The notes under the pieces: generated by a model
What the model saw: only the letters and a program-made list of their open reading frames with translations
Database searches by the model: none
Told to the model about the DNA's origin: nothing
Position numbers and translations under genes: made by a program
Assembly: GCA_965661265.1 (NCBI GenBank)
Contig: CBFIDE010000010.1
Span: 6,357-70,356, forward strand
From: an uncultured Schleiferiaceae bacterium
GTDB taxonomy: Bacteria; Bacteroidota; Bacteroidia; Flavobacteriales; Schleiferiaceae
DNA length: 64,000 nucleotides
Direction of reading: 5' to 3'
Shown: positions 28,723-38,238 of the stretch, one piece after another
Layout of the letters: every line of letters begins with the position of its first letter
Numbering within the stretch: position 1 is the first letter of the stretch

Positions 28723-30597
28723 TTAATCCTCCATTAGTTTGTCAAGTGTTTCTCTACTCACAGCATGATAATTTGCTCGTGCCTTAGCATAGATGTTTTT
28801 AGCCATTTCAGTTTTATCTGACTCAATCATAGCTTTATAGGTTGGAGTTAAGAATTTCCTTCTCCCCACTCTAACTAAAAAATTCTCAACTGCTGTATAT
28901 GCGGGGCTATAGTTGTTTCTAATGCTAGGTTGGAACCAAGCGGCAGAGATCTCGCTATTGCCGCTATGAGTAAAGCCGTAAGCTTCATCTAAGCTAGTAA
29001 GCTGATCCATGCTAAGCTCTTCTGGTAAGCTGTGAATAAAATGCAGCCATTCATGAGTAGACCATTTATTGCTTAATTCATTAGGTGCTAATTGACCCTT
29101 AGATATGAACTCCTCAACAGCATTTTCAACGATTGCAAAACGCTCAGATTCAATAGTTGGAATATTGTCTGGAACATTAGTTTCATAAATCCACTCATTT
29201 GCTCTTATAGACTCATATTGTTCTTGGCTCAATAAATCAGACTTTAGAAGTGCTACAAACTTTTCAGTATCCATTACTTTAAAAGCATTGTCTGCAAAAT
29301 AATTATTAATGAAAAGATCAAATGTATCTCTTCCAACAGTTTCTTCAATAAGCCTTAAGAAGAAGTATCCTTTATCATAAGGAATAACGGTAACACCATC
29401 ATCAGGATTTCTTCCATCAAGGTCTAGTTTTAACTTAGTGTCATCTGGCATTTCTTCCATCATATTAGCAGCTTCTTCAATCAGATCATTTCTGCTTAAG
29501 CTAGCTAGCATTTCAGAGTAATCTCTGCCGTATACTTCTTCCATAATTCTGTGCTCAAAGTAAACAGTAAAACCTTCGTTCAACCAGAAATCATCCCAAG
29601 TTGCATTAGTTACTAAATTACCACTCCAGCTATGTGCTAATTCATGAGCTACTAGGCTTACTAATGACTTATCGCCAGCTAAAATAGTTGGAGTAGCAAA
29701 GGTTAACCTTGGGTTTTCCATTCCACCAAAAGGAAATGAAGGAGGTAATACAATGATATCATATCTACCCCAAGCATAAGGACCATAAAGACCTTCCGCA
29801 GCCTGAACCATTGCCTCTAAGTCTTCAAATTCGCTTGCCGCGATATCTAGTATGGATGTTTCAGCATATACACCTGTTCTTTTACTCAATTCCTTGAAGT
29901 AAACATCTCCTACGCTTAGAGCCATTAAATAAGAAGGAATAGCTTCTTCCATCTTAAACTCATAAATACCAGTTTCATTTTTCTCCATTGGGTTTGAAGC
30001 ACTCATAAGAGCAATCATATCTGCTGGAACTTGAACCTTAGCGTTATACGTATATCTTATTCCAGGACTATCCTGACATGGAATCCATGTTCTTGCTAGA
30101 ATAGCTTGAGATTGAGTAAATAAGAATGGTTTCTCTTTAGTAGCAGTTTGTTCAGCGTCCAACCATTGTAGTGCCCGTGCATCAGCGGACGTAGAGTAAT
30201 CAATGCTGATGTTTTTTACTTGCTCATCAATCATTATGGTTAGGGACTGTCCATGATATTCTACAAACTCTCCTAATTTATAATCAAGATCTTTTTCTCC
30301 AGAATAGACTCTAGATATATTAAGGCCATAAGCATCAAATATTATTTTAGAGGCATTCTTAGAAGTTTCAATAGTCCAATTTGCAGTACCGGAAATTATT
30401 TTAGTTTCAAAATCAACAGTAACATCCAAATCTAGGTGTTTAACAACTGCCTCATTCGGCTCTGCGAAACTGTGCTTATCATCAACGTAATTCATAGATT
30501 CAACAAGGGTTTTTTCTTCTTGATTAGGTGTGTTTTCTTGACATGAAGCAAAGAAAAGACTACCTAATGCAATGAGACTTAATTTTTTTAGATTCAT
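28723..30597 (-). CDS. M1 family metallopeptidase (LTA4 hydrolase-like aminopeptidase), lipoprotein
   Basis: Carries GGMENP, HELAHSWSGN (HEXXH) and WLNEGFTVY. The lipoprotein signal MNLKKLSLIALGSLFFASC starts at ATG 30597. Confidence 0.9.
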   Translation of the reverse strand: MNLKKLSLIALGSLFFASCQENTPNQEEKTLVESMNYVDDKHSFAEPNEAVVKHLDLDVTVDFETKIISGTANWTIETSKNASKIIFDAYGLNISRVYSGEKDLDYKLGEFVEYHGQSLTIMIDEQVKNISIDYSTSADARALQWLDAEQTATKEKPFLFTQSQAILARTWIPCQDSPGIRYTYNAKVQVPADMIALMSASNPMEKNETGIYEFKMEEAIPSYLMALSVGDVYFKELSKRTGVYAETSILDIAASEFEDLEAMVQAAEGLYGPYAWGRYDIIVLPPSFPFGGMENPRLTFATPTILAGDKSLVSLVAHELAHSWSGNLVTNATWDDFWLNEGFTVYFEHRIMEEVYGRDYSEMLASLSRNDLIEEAANMMEEMPDDTKLKLDLDGRNPDDGVTVIPYDKGYFFLRLIEETVGRDTFDLFINNYFADNAFKVMDTEKFVALLKSDLLSQEQYESIRANEWIYETNVPDNIPTIESERFAIVENAVEEFISKGQLAPNELSNKWSTHEWLHFIHSLPEELSMDQLTSLDEAYGFTHSGNSEISAAWFQPSIRNNYSPAYTAVENFLVRVGRRKFLTPTYKAMIESDKTEMAKNIYAKARANYHAVSRETLDKLMED

Positions 30598-30624
30598 AAT
30601 ATTGTATCTTGGTTTTAACAATTT

Positions 30625-30632
30625 CAAATGTA
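30625..30632 (-). promoter_or_regulatory. Candidate -7 box for the M1 peptidase gene
   Basis: The minus strand reads TACATTTG, 27 nt upstream of ATG 30597. Confidence 0.45.
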
Positions 30633-30650
30633 CTATCAATAAAGAATAAG

Positions 30651-31013
30651 ATGAAAGTAATAGTTAATCTAATTATCAATACTCTGGGTGTATTTCTTAC
30701 TGCTTGGATTTTAGAGCCAAACGTAAGTGTCAATCATTTTTCAACGGCTCTAATAGTAGCTTTAGTTTTGAGCTTACTTAATATCACCGTTAAGCCATTA
30801 CTTTTTGTTCTTACCCTTCCCGCCACCATTCTGAGCTTTGGGCTATTTATTTTTATTATTAATGCTATTGTTATTCAAATAGCTAGTCATTTGGTAAGTG
30901 GTTTTCACGTTCAAAATATTGGTTGGGCTTTGCTTTTTAGTTTAATACTATCCGTGATAAACTCTGTATTATTTAGCATTGGTGATAAACCACAGCCACC
31001 TAACTTTAATTAA
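30651..31013 (+). CDS. Phage holin family 4 (PF04020-like) membrane protein
   Basis: A four-TM small protein. NITVKPLLFVLTLPATILSFGLFIFIINAIV matches the family pattern. ATG 30651 lies inside ORF 30609..31013. Confidence 0.65.
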   Translation: MKVIVNLIINTLGVFLTAWILEPNVSVNHFSTALIVALVLSLLNITVKPLLFVLTLPATILSFGLFIFIINAIVIQIASHLVSGFHVQNIGWALLFSLILSVINSVLFSIGDKPQPPNFN

Positions 31014-32991
31014 CAATTAGTTTCTTAGTAAGAAGCTCATCATCAATTTTAAGCTTTACGAAGTAAACACCAGAAGGATATTTCTCAAGGTTTAACTCTA
31101 AGTCTAAATGATCTTGGAATTCTAGAGTGTTAGCCTGAATTAATTGGCCGTTCAATTGGATAATTGAATAATTCAAAGAATGATTTCCAGCTTTGTGAAT
31201 TTCTAAGTTTCCACGACCATTATTTGTTGGATTTGGAAATAAGCTTACTTCAGCAGAGCTTAAGTTTTCATCTATAGAAATACCATATCCAACTGTAAAG
31301 TTGAGTCTTAATTCAGTACCAAAGTTAGGTTGGTAGGTCTTGAAGAAAAAGCTTCCGCCAATATTCCTTAATTGGATGCTCCCATTGCCATCATTATTTG
31401 CAAAAAAGCTTAATCCGTTTTTAGATCTATCTGATAAAATAAAACTGTAGCAACCAGGATTCAGGTTTAATGTATCTTCATAAAGAGTATTAGAGTTGAA
31501 GTTGTCTCCTGAATATAAAACATTGGCTGAAGCATCAACTAATTTCCAATGGCTATCACTTCCTCTTCCGTTAGTCCTTAAAAGAACTTTTAGGTTTGCA
31601 GGAAATTCAGGAACACTTTCAAAGCTGCTTGTCAGCCTATTATTCATAGGTACCTCATCAGTAAAGTTACCATTAGGCGACTCTAGTTTTACTTCAAATT
31701 CCTGTTTGTTGAGGTAGGTATTCCAGTCATTATTTCCAGTCATATCAAGACTTACTGTTGTGCTTTCCATGAAGCCAAGGTTCCCAGTCCACTCATGAAC
31801 TTTATACTGCCCTCCTAATACTCCGTAAGTGATTTTACAGCTTGTTAGGTTTTGAGCTCCTTTATTTCTAATTCTTACTACTGCCTCACCACAAATAGGA
31901 TTCATTCGAGCATATTCATCAGCTAAACTAGGGCTTAAAATATCTTCTATCTCGGCATCAAGTTGATGATTAGGTGCAGAGAATTCTAATAATTGAGCGC
32001 TTACAATATATGTAGCAGGCGTTTCCCCTTGAGGCACAGTGTATGTATAAGCTTCTATATCTACATCAAGGTTTATTTTGCCGTTTGAAACAAAAGGGCT
32101 TAAGTCATGTGTGTACTCTATAGACTTTGTTCCGGGACACCAATTTGCTCTATCAATAAGCCAAGTTCCACCTTGTGGAAATAAAGGGTTAAGACCACAA
32201 TCATCTCTCCACATTGATTGAGTGAATCTTGTTTGACCATCCGTTTTAACATAATAGTCTTTAATACAAAACTCAGCACAGTTAAGAGAGTTTACAAAGC
32301 CATGACCTGAAGGGTTTATCTTAAATATTGTTTGGCTTGTATTTGGATCTATGTCAAAGCTTTTTCCGGGCATGCTAGTGTTTTCAAAAACAACAGGGTC
32401 TTTATATTGCCAACTGCCTTCATATACATTTCTTAATTGAATCAAATCGCGCGGAGGCGTACCTTCAATCATTATAAACTTAATGTCTACACTAAATCCG
32501 GCAGAATAACCACTGTAGAATGCCTGAAATTCAAGGCTGTCTTTAAAAAATGATTGATAATCTGTTACGTCATAAAAGAATTCGTGCTCCCAGCTATTAG
32601 ATAAAGAATTGCCGTAAGGCGTAATTACTTTGGCTAAATTTATTTTCTCAGTTCTTTCAACCACATCCCATATCGTGTCAATTTGTAATGGATTTTTACT
32701 CACTGTATCAAGCCCTACAAATGTGGAGTCATAAGCTCCAATTCCTCTTTTAAAACTAATTCTGGTGGTATAATCCCAATCACTACATCCTCCAGAAGCA
32801 CACCCCAAAGTATATTGCATAATTATTTTGTGGTAAGTCTTATTATCATTTGGAAAATAAGCCATCCTATCGTAAGATCTGAAATTATTCATATCTACTT
32901 TTTGGTGGGCCTGAACTATGGTTGTATCACCTTCAGCAGCGTAAATTGATGAAACAGAAAACAAAAGGAAAAGCAGTAATAAAGATCTCAT
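31006..32991 (-). CDS. T9SS-secreted protein, possibly peptide-N-glycosidase F-related
   Basis: It has a signal peptide and a C-terminal SLFPNPTNN...GVYFVKL...KKLIVN T9SS type A sorting domain. The central DRANWCPG motif recalls PNGase F C-domain proteins, from memory only. Confidence 0.55.
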   Translation of the reverse strand: MRSLLLLFLLFSVSSIYAAEGDTTIVQAHQKVDMNNFRSYDRMAYFPNDNKTYHKIIMQYTLGCASGGCSDWDYTTRISFKRGIGAYDSTFVGLDTVSKNPLQIDTIWDVVERTEKINLAKVITPYGNSLSNSWEHEFFYDVTDYQSFFKDSLEFQAFYSGYSAGFSVDIKFIMIEGTPPRDLIQLRNVYEGSWQYKDPVVFENTSMPGKSFDIDPNTSQTIFKINPSGHGFVNSLNCAEFCIKDYYVKTDGQTRFTQSMWRDDCGLNPLFPQGGTWLIDRANWCPGTKSIEYTHDLSPFVSNGKINLDVDIEAYTYTVPQGETPATYIVSAQLLEFSAPNHQLDAEIEDILSPSLADEYARMNPICGEAVVRIRNKGAQNLTSCKITYGVLGGQYKVHEWTGNLGFMESTTVSLDMTGNNDWNTYLNKQEFEVKLESPNGNFTDEVPMNNRLTSSFESVPEFPANLKVLLRTNGRGSDSHWKLVDASANVLYSGDNFNSNTLYEDTLNLNPGCYSFILSDRSKNGLSFFANNDGNGSIQLRNIGGSFFFKTYQPNFGTELRLNFTVGYGISIDENLSSAEVSLFPNPTNNGRGNLEIHKAGNHSLNYSIIQLNGQLIQANTLEFQDHLDLELNLEKYPSGVYFVKLKIDDELLTKKLIVN

Positions 32992-33023
32992 ATTGGTCTT
33001 TTGAAATTAATTAGAGGTGTAAT

Positions 33024-33380
33024 TTAATTAATAATATTATCTCTTAGTTTTTTGGGAAGACTTTTGACAACTAAATCGTAAGAATGATTGATTAATTCTA
33101 CAACAAGGTTCTGATCCAACCCATTGTCGATGCTGACAGTATTCCAGTGTTTTTTATTCATATGAAAGCCAGGAATAATTAGCTCTCCAAATTCTTCCCT
33201 TAGCTGAATGGCCCTTTCGGGATTACATTTTAAGTTGACCGTTAAACTTTCTGATTCTAAAGAACAGAGCGCAAACATCTTATTAGCTACCTTAAAGACT
33301 AGAGTTTTATCATCAAATGGAAAGCTTTCAGTAACCGAAGGCTTTGACAAACAGAAGAGTCTGAATTCTTCAATATTCAT
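33024..33380 (-). CDS. MmcQ/YjbR family protein
   Basis: FCLSKPSVTESFPFDDKTLVFKVANKMFAL and the 118-aa size fit the YjbR family. Confidence 0.75.
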   Translation of the reverse strand: MNIEEFRLFCLSKPSVTESFPFDDKTLVFKVANKMFALCSLESESLTVNLKCNPERAIQLREEFGELIIPGFHMNKKHWNTVSIDNGLDQNLVVELINHSYDLVVKSLPKKLRDNIIN

Positions 33381-33464
33381 GGAGTGAGATTATAATTCAG
33401 CTACAATTTCTATTGTTCTGAGGAAGAACACAAGAAAGAGATTAAAAAATATTAATTGAATATT

Positions 33465-34184
33465 CTAAGAAAGAGAAGCCTTTGCCCACTTTTCTGCCCA
33501 TTCTTCAGGACCTAAAGTATTGTCTACGCTATAGTTGCCAATCTTAGTTCTGCGCAGAGAGCTGAGGTGGGCTGAAGAATTCACAGCCTGTCCAAAGTCA
33601 TTAGCAAGGCTACGAATGTAGGTGCCTTTAGAACAAACTACTCTAAAATGTAGGATTGGGAAATCAGTAGAATCAATTTCAAATTCTTTAATGCTAACTG
33701 TTCTTGGACTGAGCTTTAGATCTACTCCTTGTCTTGCTGCTTCGTATGATTTTTGCCCATCTTTTTTGATAGCAGAAAAAATTGGAGGTGTTTGTTCAAT
33801 GTCCCCTAAAAATGATTTTCTGGCTTCTTCTAGCAATTCATCATTAATATGGTCAATCGGACAGGGATTGATTAGCGGCATTTCTAAGTCGTAAGACTCA
33901 GTAGAGTAACCTAAGGTGATGGTGCCCGTATATTCCTTATCAAGGCCCATAAATTCATCTATTTTTTTAGTGAATTTTCCAACACAAATAATGAGAAGAC
34001 CTGTAGCTAATGGATCCAGGGTACCTGCATGTCCAACCTTAATTTTCTTGAGGTCAAGCTTCTTTTTTAATGAATAACGCAACTTATTGACCACAGAGAA
34101 GGAGGTCCAAGTCAATGGCTTATCAACTAGTAGGAGTTTGCCTGCTAGTATTTCTTCTTTATTAAGCTGTTCCAAATGAGGCAA
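33465..34184 (-). CDS. truB: tRNA pseudouridine(55) synthase
   Basis: Carries the GHAGTLDPLATGLL catalytic Asp motif. Confidence 0.95.
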   Translation of the reverse strand: MPHLEQLNKEEILAGKLLLVDKPLTWTSFSVVNKLRYSLKKKLDLKKIKVGHAGTLDPLATGLLIICVGKFTKKIDEFMGLDKEYTGTITLGYSTESYDLEMPLINPCPIDHINDELLEEARKSFLGDIEQTPPIFSAIKKDGQKSYEAARQGVDLKLSPRTVSIKEFEIDSTDFPILHFRVVCSKGTYIRSLANDFGQAVNSSAHLSSLRRTKIGNYSVDNTLGPEEWAEKWAKASLS

Positions 34185-34959
34185 TAATTGCTACTATACC
34201 AATGGCGAAGCAGTAAAGAGAGAAATAATTAAGATTAGATCTTTTAACAATTTCAATCATCCATTTGCAAGCCCAAAGACCTGTTAAGAATGCTGCAGCA
34301 AATGCAAGTACCAAATTGAGTGGGGAATTTACTGTAGTTTCAAAAGCTCCATCCATTATGTCCTTAGCCATTTTACCAAAGATCAGAGGAACTACCATTA
34401 AGAAGCTAAATCTAGCAGCTTTCTCTCTATCCATTCCTAATATTATACTTGAACTAATGGTGGCTCCTGATCTTGAAATTCCTGGCAAGATTGCTATAGC
34501 TTGGGCTATTCCAATAAAGATTGCGTTTTTATAAGTCAAAGGCTTATCTCCTGAAGTTGCATTATTGGCAAAAGCTAAAAGAAGACCAGTAATAAGAAGC
34601 ATAAAGCCTACAAGCAAGATTTGATCGTTAAATAGAGTTTCAATAAAATCATCAAATACAATTCCTACTATAGCAGCCGGAATCATTGAAATAATAATAC
34701 TTAAGCTAAATTTAAATTCTTCATTGTTTTCTCTTTTTGATAAACCAACTAATATTTGAAGAACTTCCTTTTTATAAATAACTATTGTGGCAAGAGCTGT
34801 TGCAAAGTGAACGATCACAGTAAAGAGGAGACTCTCACCTGGTAGGGCTTGATTTCCTATTAAATGTTTAGCTAGTTCTAAGTGACCGCTGCTACTTACT
34901 GGCAAAAATTCTGTTAAACCTTGAATGATTCCAAGGAATAGCGCTTCTAATTTACTCAT
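34162..34959 (-). CDS. uppP: Undecaprenyl-diphosphate phosphatase
   Basis: Carries LTEFLPVSSSGHL and PGISRSGATI motifs. Confidence 0.95.
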   Translation of the reverse strand: MSKLEALFLGIIQGLTEFLPVSSSGHLELAKHLIGNQALPGESLLFTVIVHFATALATIVIYKKEVLQILVGLSKRENNEEFKFSLSIIISMIPAAIVGIVFDDFIETLFNDQILLVGFMLLITGLLLAFANNATSGDKPLTYKNAIFIGIAQAIAILPGISRSGATISSSIILGMDREKAARFSFLMVVPLIFGKMAKDIMDGAFETTVNSPLNLVLAFAAAFLTGLWACKWMIEIVKRSNLNYFSLYCFAIGIVAIIASFGTA

Positions 34960-35188
34960 TCGAGCTACTAGGTTTCGACATTATTGAATATATTAAGGCT
35001 AGCAGGCCAGTTAGAATAAGGAATGGGGCCCAACCAATTCGTTGAGCATTGAAAATATCTGCGTTAAACTGATTCGGATCGTCACTTCCTCCTCCAGACA
35101 TAAGTATATAGCCAAGTATCATAATACCAATACCAATTGCCATGATGATGTAATTCTTTTTGCCAAATACGAAAGTTTGCTTTTCCAT
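34952..35188 (-). CDS. DUF3098 family small membrane protein
   Basis: A two-TM 78-aa protein located between ftsX and uppP, as is usual in Bacteroidota. Confidence 0.65.
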   Translation of the reverse strand: MEKQTFVFGKKNYIIMAIGIGIMILGYILMSGGGSDDPNQFNADIFNAQRIGWAPFLILTGLLALIYSIMSKPSSSNE

Positions 35189-35192
35189 GTCT

Positions 35193-36071
35193 TTAAAAAT
35201 AAAGTTGATCTGTCTTAAGTTTCAAATACTTTCTGAGCGCAAAGAAAGTACATATCATAGAAATAAAGACTCCTAATAGAAGAATAAGTATTCCTATGCT
35301 AATTAATATAGTTTGTTGTTGAAGTGCTTGAAAATCCGGAATCCATTGTCCAGCGTAGTATACAAGGCTTGCCAATAGGCTCAAAGCAATGACTGCACCA
35401 TAAATCCCATGTCTAAAACTTCTCCAAATAAAAGGTCTCCTTATAAATCCTTTGGTTGCCCCTACCAATTGCATTGTCTTAATCAGGAATCTTTTGCTAT
35501 AAATAGAGAGTCTGATGCTGCTGTTTATTAATCCAATGGCTATTAGACTTAGTACTAGCGCGCCGCCTACTAAGAAGTAAGAAATTCTTTGGATGTTATC
35601 ATTCATTAATTGAATCAATGGCTTGTCATAGATAAGCTCGCTTATAAATTCTCTTTTTTCAAGATCTTCTTGAAAGGAGCTTAAGAAATTGTTTTCTACA
35701 TACGCAGCATTCATCTTAACTTCTATTGCATCAAGTAGGGGATTGTATCCTAAAAAGCTAATAAAATCCTCATCTAGATCTTCCTTTAGAACCTCCGCAG
35801 CATCTTCTTTTGAGATAAACTGACTGGACTTAACGGCGTCCATCAAATTAATTTCTTTTTGAAATTGTCTTAGTTCTTGCTCAGAGGCATCTCGCTCAAT
35901 AAGTATGGTCATGGCAAAGTTTTCTTTCACTTGCTTTGCAATTGTTTGAGCGTTCATAATAAGTAGCCCAAATGCACCAAGTACAAAAAGCACAAGGGAA
36001 ATGCTCACTACCACTGATATGTAGCTAGACCTTAGTCTTCTTCGTGTATATTTTTCTGCTTTCTTTGACAT
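35193..36071 (-). CDS. ftsX: Cell division protein FtsX-like permease
   Basis: An N-terminal TM, a periplasmic domain and C-terminal FtsX permease helices (MQLVGATKGFIRRPF). Confidence 0.85.
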   Translation of the reverse strand: MSKKAEKYTRRRLRSSYISVVVSISLVLFVLGAFGLLIMNAQTIAKQVKENFAMTILIERDASEQELRQFQKEINLMDAVKSSQFISKEDAAEVLKEDLDEDFISFLGYNPLLDAIEVKMNAAYVENNFLSSFQEDLEKREFISELIYDKPLIQLMNDNIQRISYFLVGGALVLSLIAIGLINSSIRLSIYSKRFLIKTMQLVGATKGFIRRPFIWRSFRHGIYGAVIALSLLASLVYYAGQWIPDFQALQQQTILISIGILILLLGVFISMICTFFALRKYLKLKTDQLYF

Positions 36072-36084
36072 CTTATTTATGAAT

Positions 36085-36110
36085 GCCGCTAAATTAAAAA
36101 AATTAGCGGC
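36085..36110. promoter_or_regulatory. GC-rich palindrome in the divergent ftsX / SPOR-gene intergenic region
   Basis: GCCGCTAA-N10-TTAGCGGC, extendable to about 10 bp with one bulge. It lies 13 nt upstream of the ftsX ATG and no T-tract follows on either strand. Confidence 0.35.
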
Positions 36111-36197
36111 CTTAAAAAGTTAATGAGTAGTTAATGCGCTATACTTTAACAATGTTTGGCATTTCAAAATTTGTACCTTCGATAAAAATATAGATCC

Positions 36198-37472
36198 TTG
36201 GGTAAAAAAATAATATTAGGTCTGTTTCTTCTAATAATTCTTGTGCCAATAGTTTCGCATTTGCATTTTAGATTAAAATCTAAAGAAAAGTTTAAGCTTG
36301 AATGGGCATCATTGGACAAGACAAACCAGTCTTTTCAATGGGTTTTTAAGCAGTCTTTTGAAAATGAGGAAGGTGATGAGCTGGTATATATCAATTTGGA
36401 ATCTGATTCTTTATACTCAGATAACATCGGCGAAAGCCTGATAAAAGAATTGAAGGACAATTCAAGTATTATTATAGAGTCTAGTATTTTAAACTCAAGT
36501 GAACCAATGCTTGAATTCCTTTCAGCGACTTTAGGACTCCAGAGTGAAAAGTGGCACGCCCGCTATTATGCGTCTATTGATAGTGTGAATAACCAAAGGT
36601 ATAGCGCAGAGCTCAAAGTTTTAGCCCGGGATTATAAGAGTATTTACGATCAAGAATTCCCTTACTCTTCTGAGCCTGCTTTGATCCTGTACAGAAGAGA
36701 TCAGGATATTGTAATAATGCATTCCGATATGCTGACAGGAGGTTTGCCTACTTTACTGAATAGAGCTTCAGTGCCAGGTATAAATTCTACAGCTAAATTA
36801 ACAGAGAGTTCTTGGTTTGAGATGAATCAATTTGATAGCTTGAAATCAGATATCCTTATAGAGCTTAACTTACCCTTGAGCCAAAAAGGAGACTCCACCA
36901 TTCAATCATTAGGGCTTTCGCCGAAAGTTCCAGTTTATATAAGATCTAAAACATTGAAGCTCGCGTATATAGGTGTAGATAAACATGCTGTAAGTCCTTA
37001 TACAAGGGCTTTTAGATTTAGCGGAGAAGAGTTTTTCAATAATTTGATAAGAGATACTAAAGATCAATATCTTCCTGAATACTCTTTTTGGAACGTTTAT
37101 AAGCCAGTTTTAACATTTATCCTGACATCTTTTTCTGATCAAAAATTCGAAGCATCAGATTTAGATGCTAACTTGAGTTTTGACTTGGAAAGTGATGTTC
37201 AATTGGATAGCACGGATATTGATATGGATTCAAACTCTGAGAAAAAATTAGAGGCTCACAAAACAAATCAATGGTATGTTGTAATTGCAAGTTTTTCTAA
37301 ATCCTCAAATGCAAAAAGATTTTCAAACGAAACAGGCTTTCAATATGAAGCTGCGCCCGGCTTAAATTTTCAAAGGATTATTGGATTTAGGTCCTCAAGT
37401 TTGCTAGAAGCTCAAAAAGCCCAAGAGAGTTTATACGCTCAATATCCAGATGCATGGCTCGCTTATTGGTAA
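36198..37472 (+). CDS. Membrane-anchored protein with C-terminal SPOR domain
   Basis: TTG start and an N-terminal TM. The C-terminal WYVVIASFSKSSNAKRF...AQKAQESL is a SPOR-like peptidoglycan-binding pattern. Confidence 0.6.
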   Translation: MGKKIILGLFLLIILVPIVSHLHFRLKSKEKFKLEWASLDKTNQSFQWVFKQSFENEEGDELVYINLESDSLYSDNIGESLIKELKDNSSIIIESSILNSSEPMLEFLSATLGLQSEKWHARYYASIDSVNNQRYSAELKVLARDYKSIYDQEFPYSSEPALILYRRDQDIVIMHSDMLTGGLPTLLNRASVPGINSTAKLTESSWFEMNQFDSLKSDILIELNLPLSQKGDSTIQSLGLSPKVPVYIRSKTLKLAYIGVDKHAVSPYTRAFRFSGEEFFNNLIRDTKDQYLPEYSFWNVYKPVLTFILTSFSDQKFEASDLDANLSFDLESDVQLDSTDIDMDSNSEKKLEAHKTNQWYVVIASFSKSSNAKRFSNETGFQYEAAPGLNFQRIIGFRSSSLLEAQKAQESLYAQYPDAWLAYW

Positions 37473-38155
37473 TGCAGAAAATTATAGTTTTTAGTGGTTC
37501 AGGCATTAGTGCAGAAAGCGGATTAAAAACCTTCAGAGATAATAATGGTCTTTGGGAGAATCACAGCGTTTATGATGTAGCGACTCCAGAGGCATGGCAT
37601 AAAAATCCAGAGCTTGTTTTAGAATTCTATAATCAAAGGAGAAGGCAGCTTTTAGAGGTAGAACCTAACATTGCGCATAAAATTATTGCTGATTTAGAGC
37701 AAGATTTTGATATTCAAATTATCACTCAGAACGTTGATGATTTACATGAGCGATCAGGATCGACAAAAGTCTTACACCTGCATGGGGAACTTAGAAAAGC
37801 CCGAAGTACTGTCGATGAAAATTTGATAGTAGAACTTAGTGGTAGAGACTTGCATAAAGGAGATTTTTGCCCTTTAGGAAGTCAATTAAGGCCTCATGTG
37901 GTGTGGTTTGGAGAGGCAGTTCCTGCCTTTGATGAAGCTGTAGGTTTGTTGAAAGATATTGATCAGTTTTGGGTAATTGGCAGCTCATTAGCTGTTTATC
38001 CGGCAGCAAGCTTATTGAACTATCTTGACCCTGGAGTAAAGCTAGTGCTAATGGATCCTTCTGATTCCTTTGATATGGTTAAGGGTAGTTTTCAGCACAT
38101 TCAGGAGAAAGCAAGCTTAGGAATGAAAATCTTAAAAGATCAATTGTATCAGTAA
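37472..38155 (+). CDS. cobB: NAD-dependent protein deacylase (Sir2 family)
   Basis: Carries GSGISAESGLKTFRD, QNVDDLHERSG and LHG. ATG 37472 shares its A with the upstream TAA stop. Confidence 0.9.
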   Translation: MQKIIVFSGSGISAESGLKTFRDNNGLWENHSVYDVATPEAWHKNPELVLEFYNQRRRQLLEVEPNIAHKIIADLEQDFDIQIITQNVDDLHERSGSTKVLHLHGELRKARSTVDENLIVELSGRDLHKGDFCPLGSQLRPHVVWFGEAVPAFDEAVGLLKDIDQFWVIGSSLAVYPAASLLNYLDPGVKLVLMDPSDSFDMVKGSFQHIQEKASLGMKILKDQLYQ

Positions 38156-38186
38156 CAGAGTCTTGTCTATCTCCATAATAATATTG

Positions 38187-38194
38187 TATATTTG
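38187..38194 (+). promoter_or_regulatory. Candidate -7 box for rimP-nusA-infB
   Basis: TATATTTG lies 9 nt upstream of the hairpin at 38204 and 44 nt upstream of the rimP ATG. Confidence 0.35.
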
Positions 38195-38203
38195 CCGCAA
38201 AAT

Positions 38204-38227
38204 GAGGGGACTGAAGTCCCCTCTTTT
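38204..38227 (+). terminator. Hairpin plus T-tract between cobB and rimP (terminator or leader attenuator)
   Basis: gaggggac-tgaa-gtcccctc-tttt lies 49 nt after the cobB stop and 12 nt before the rimP ATG. Confidence 0.65.
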
Positions 38228-38238
38228 ATTGGGCGTAA

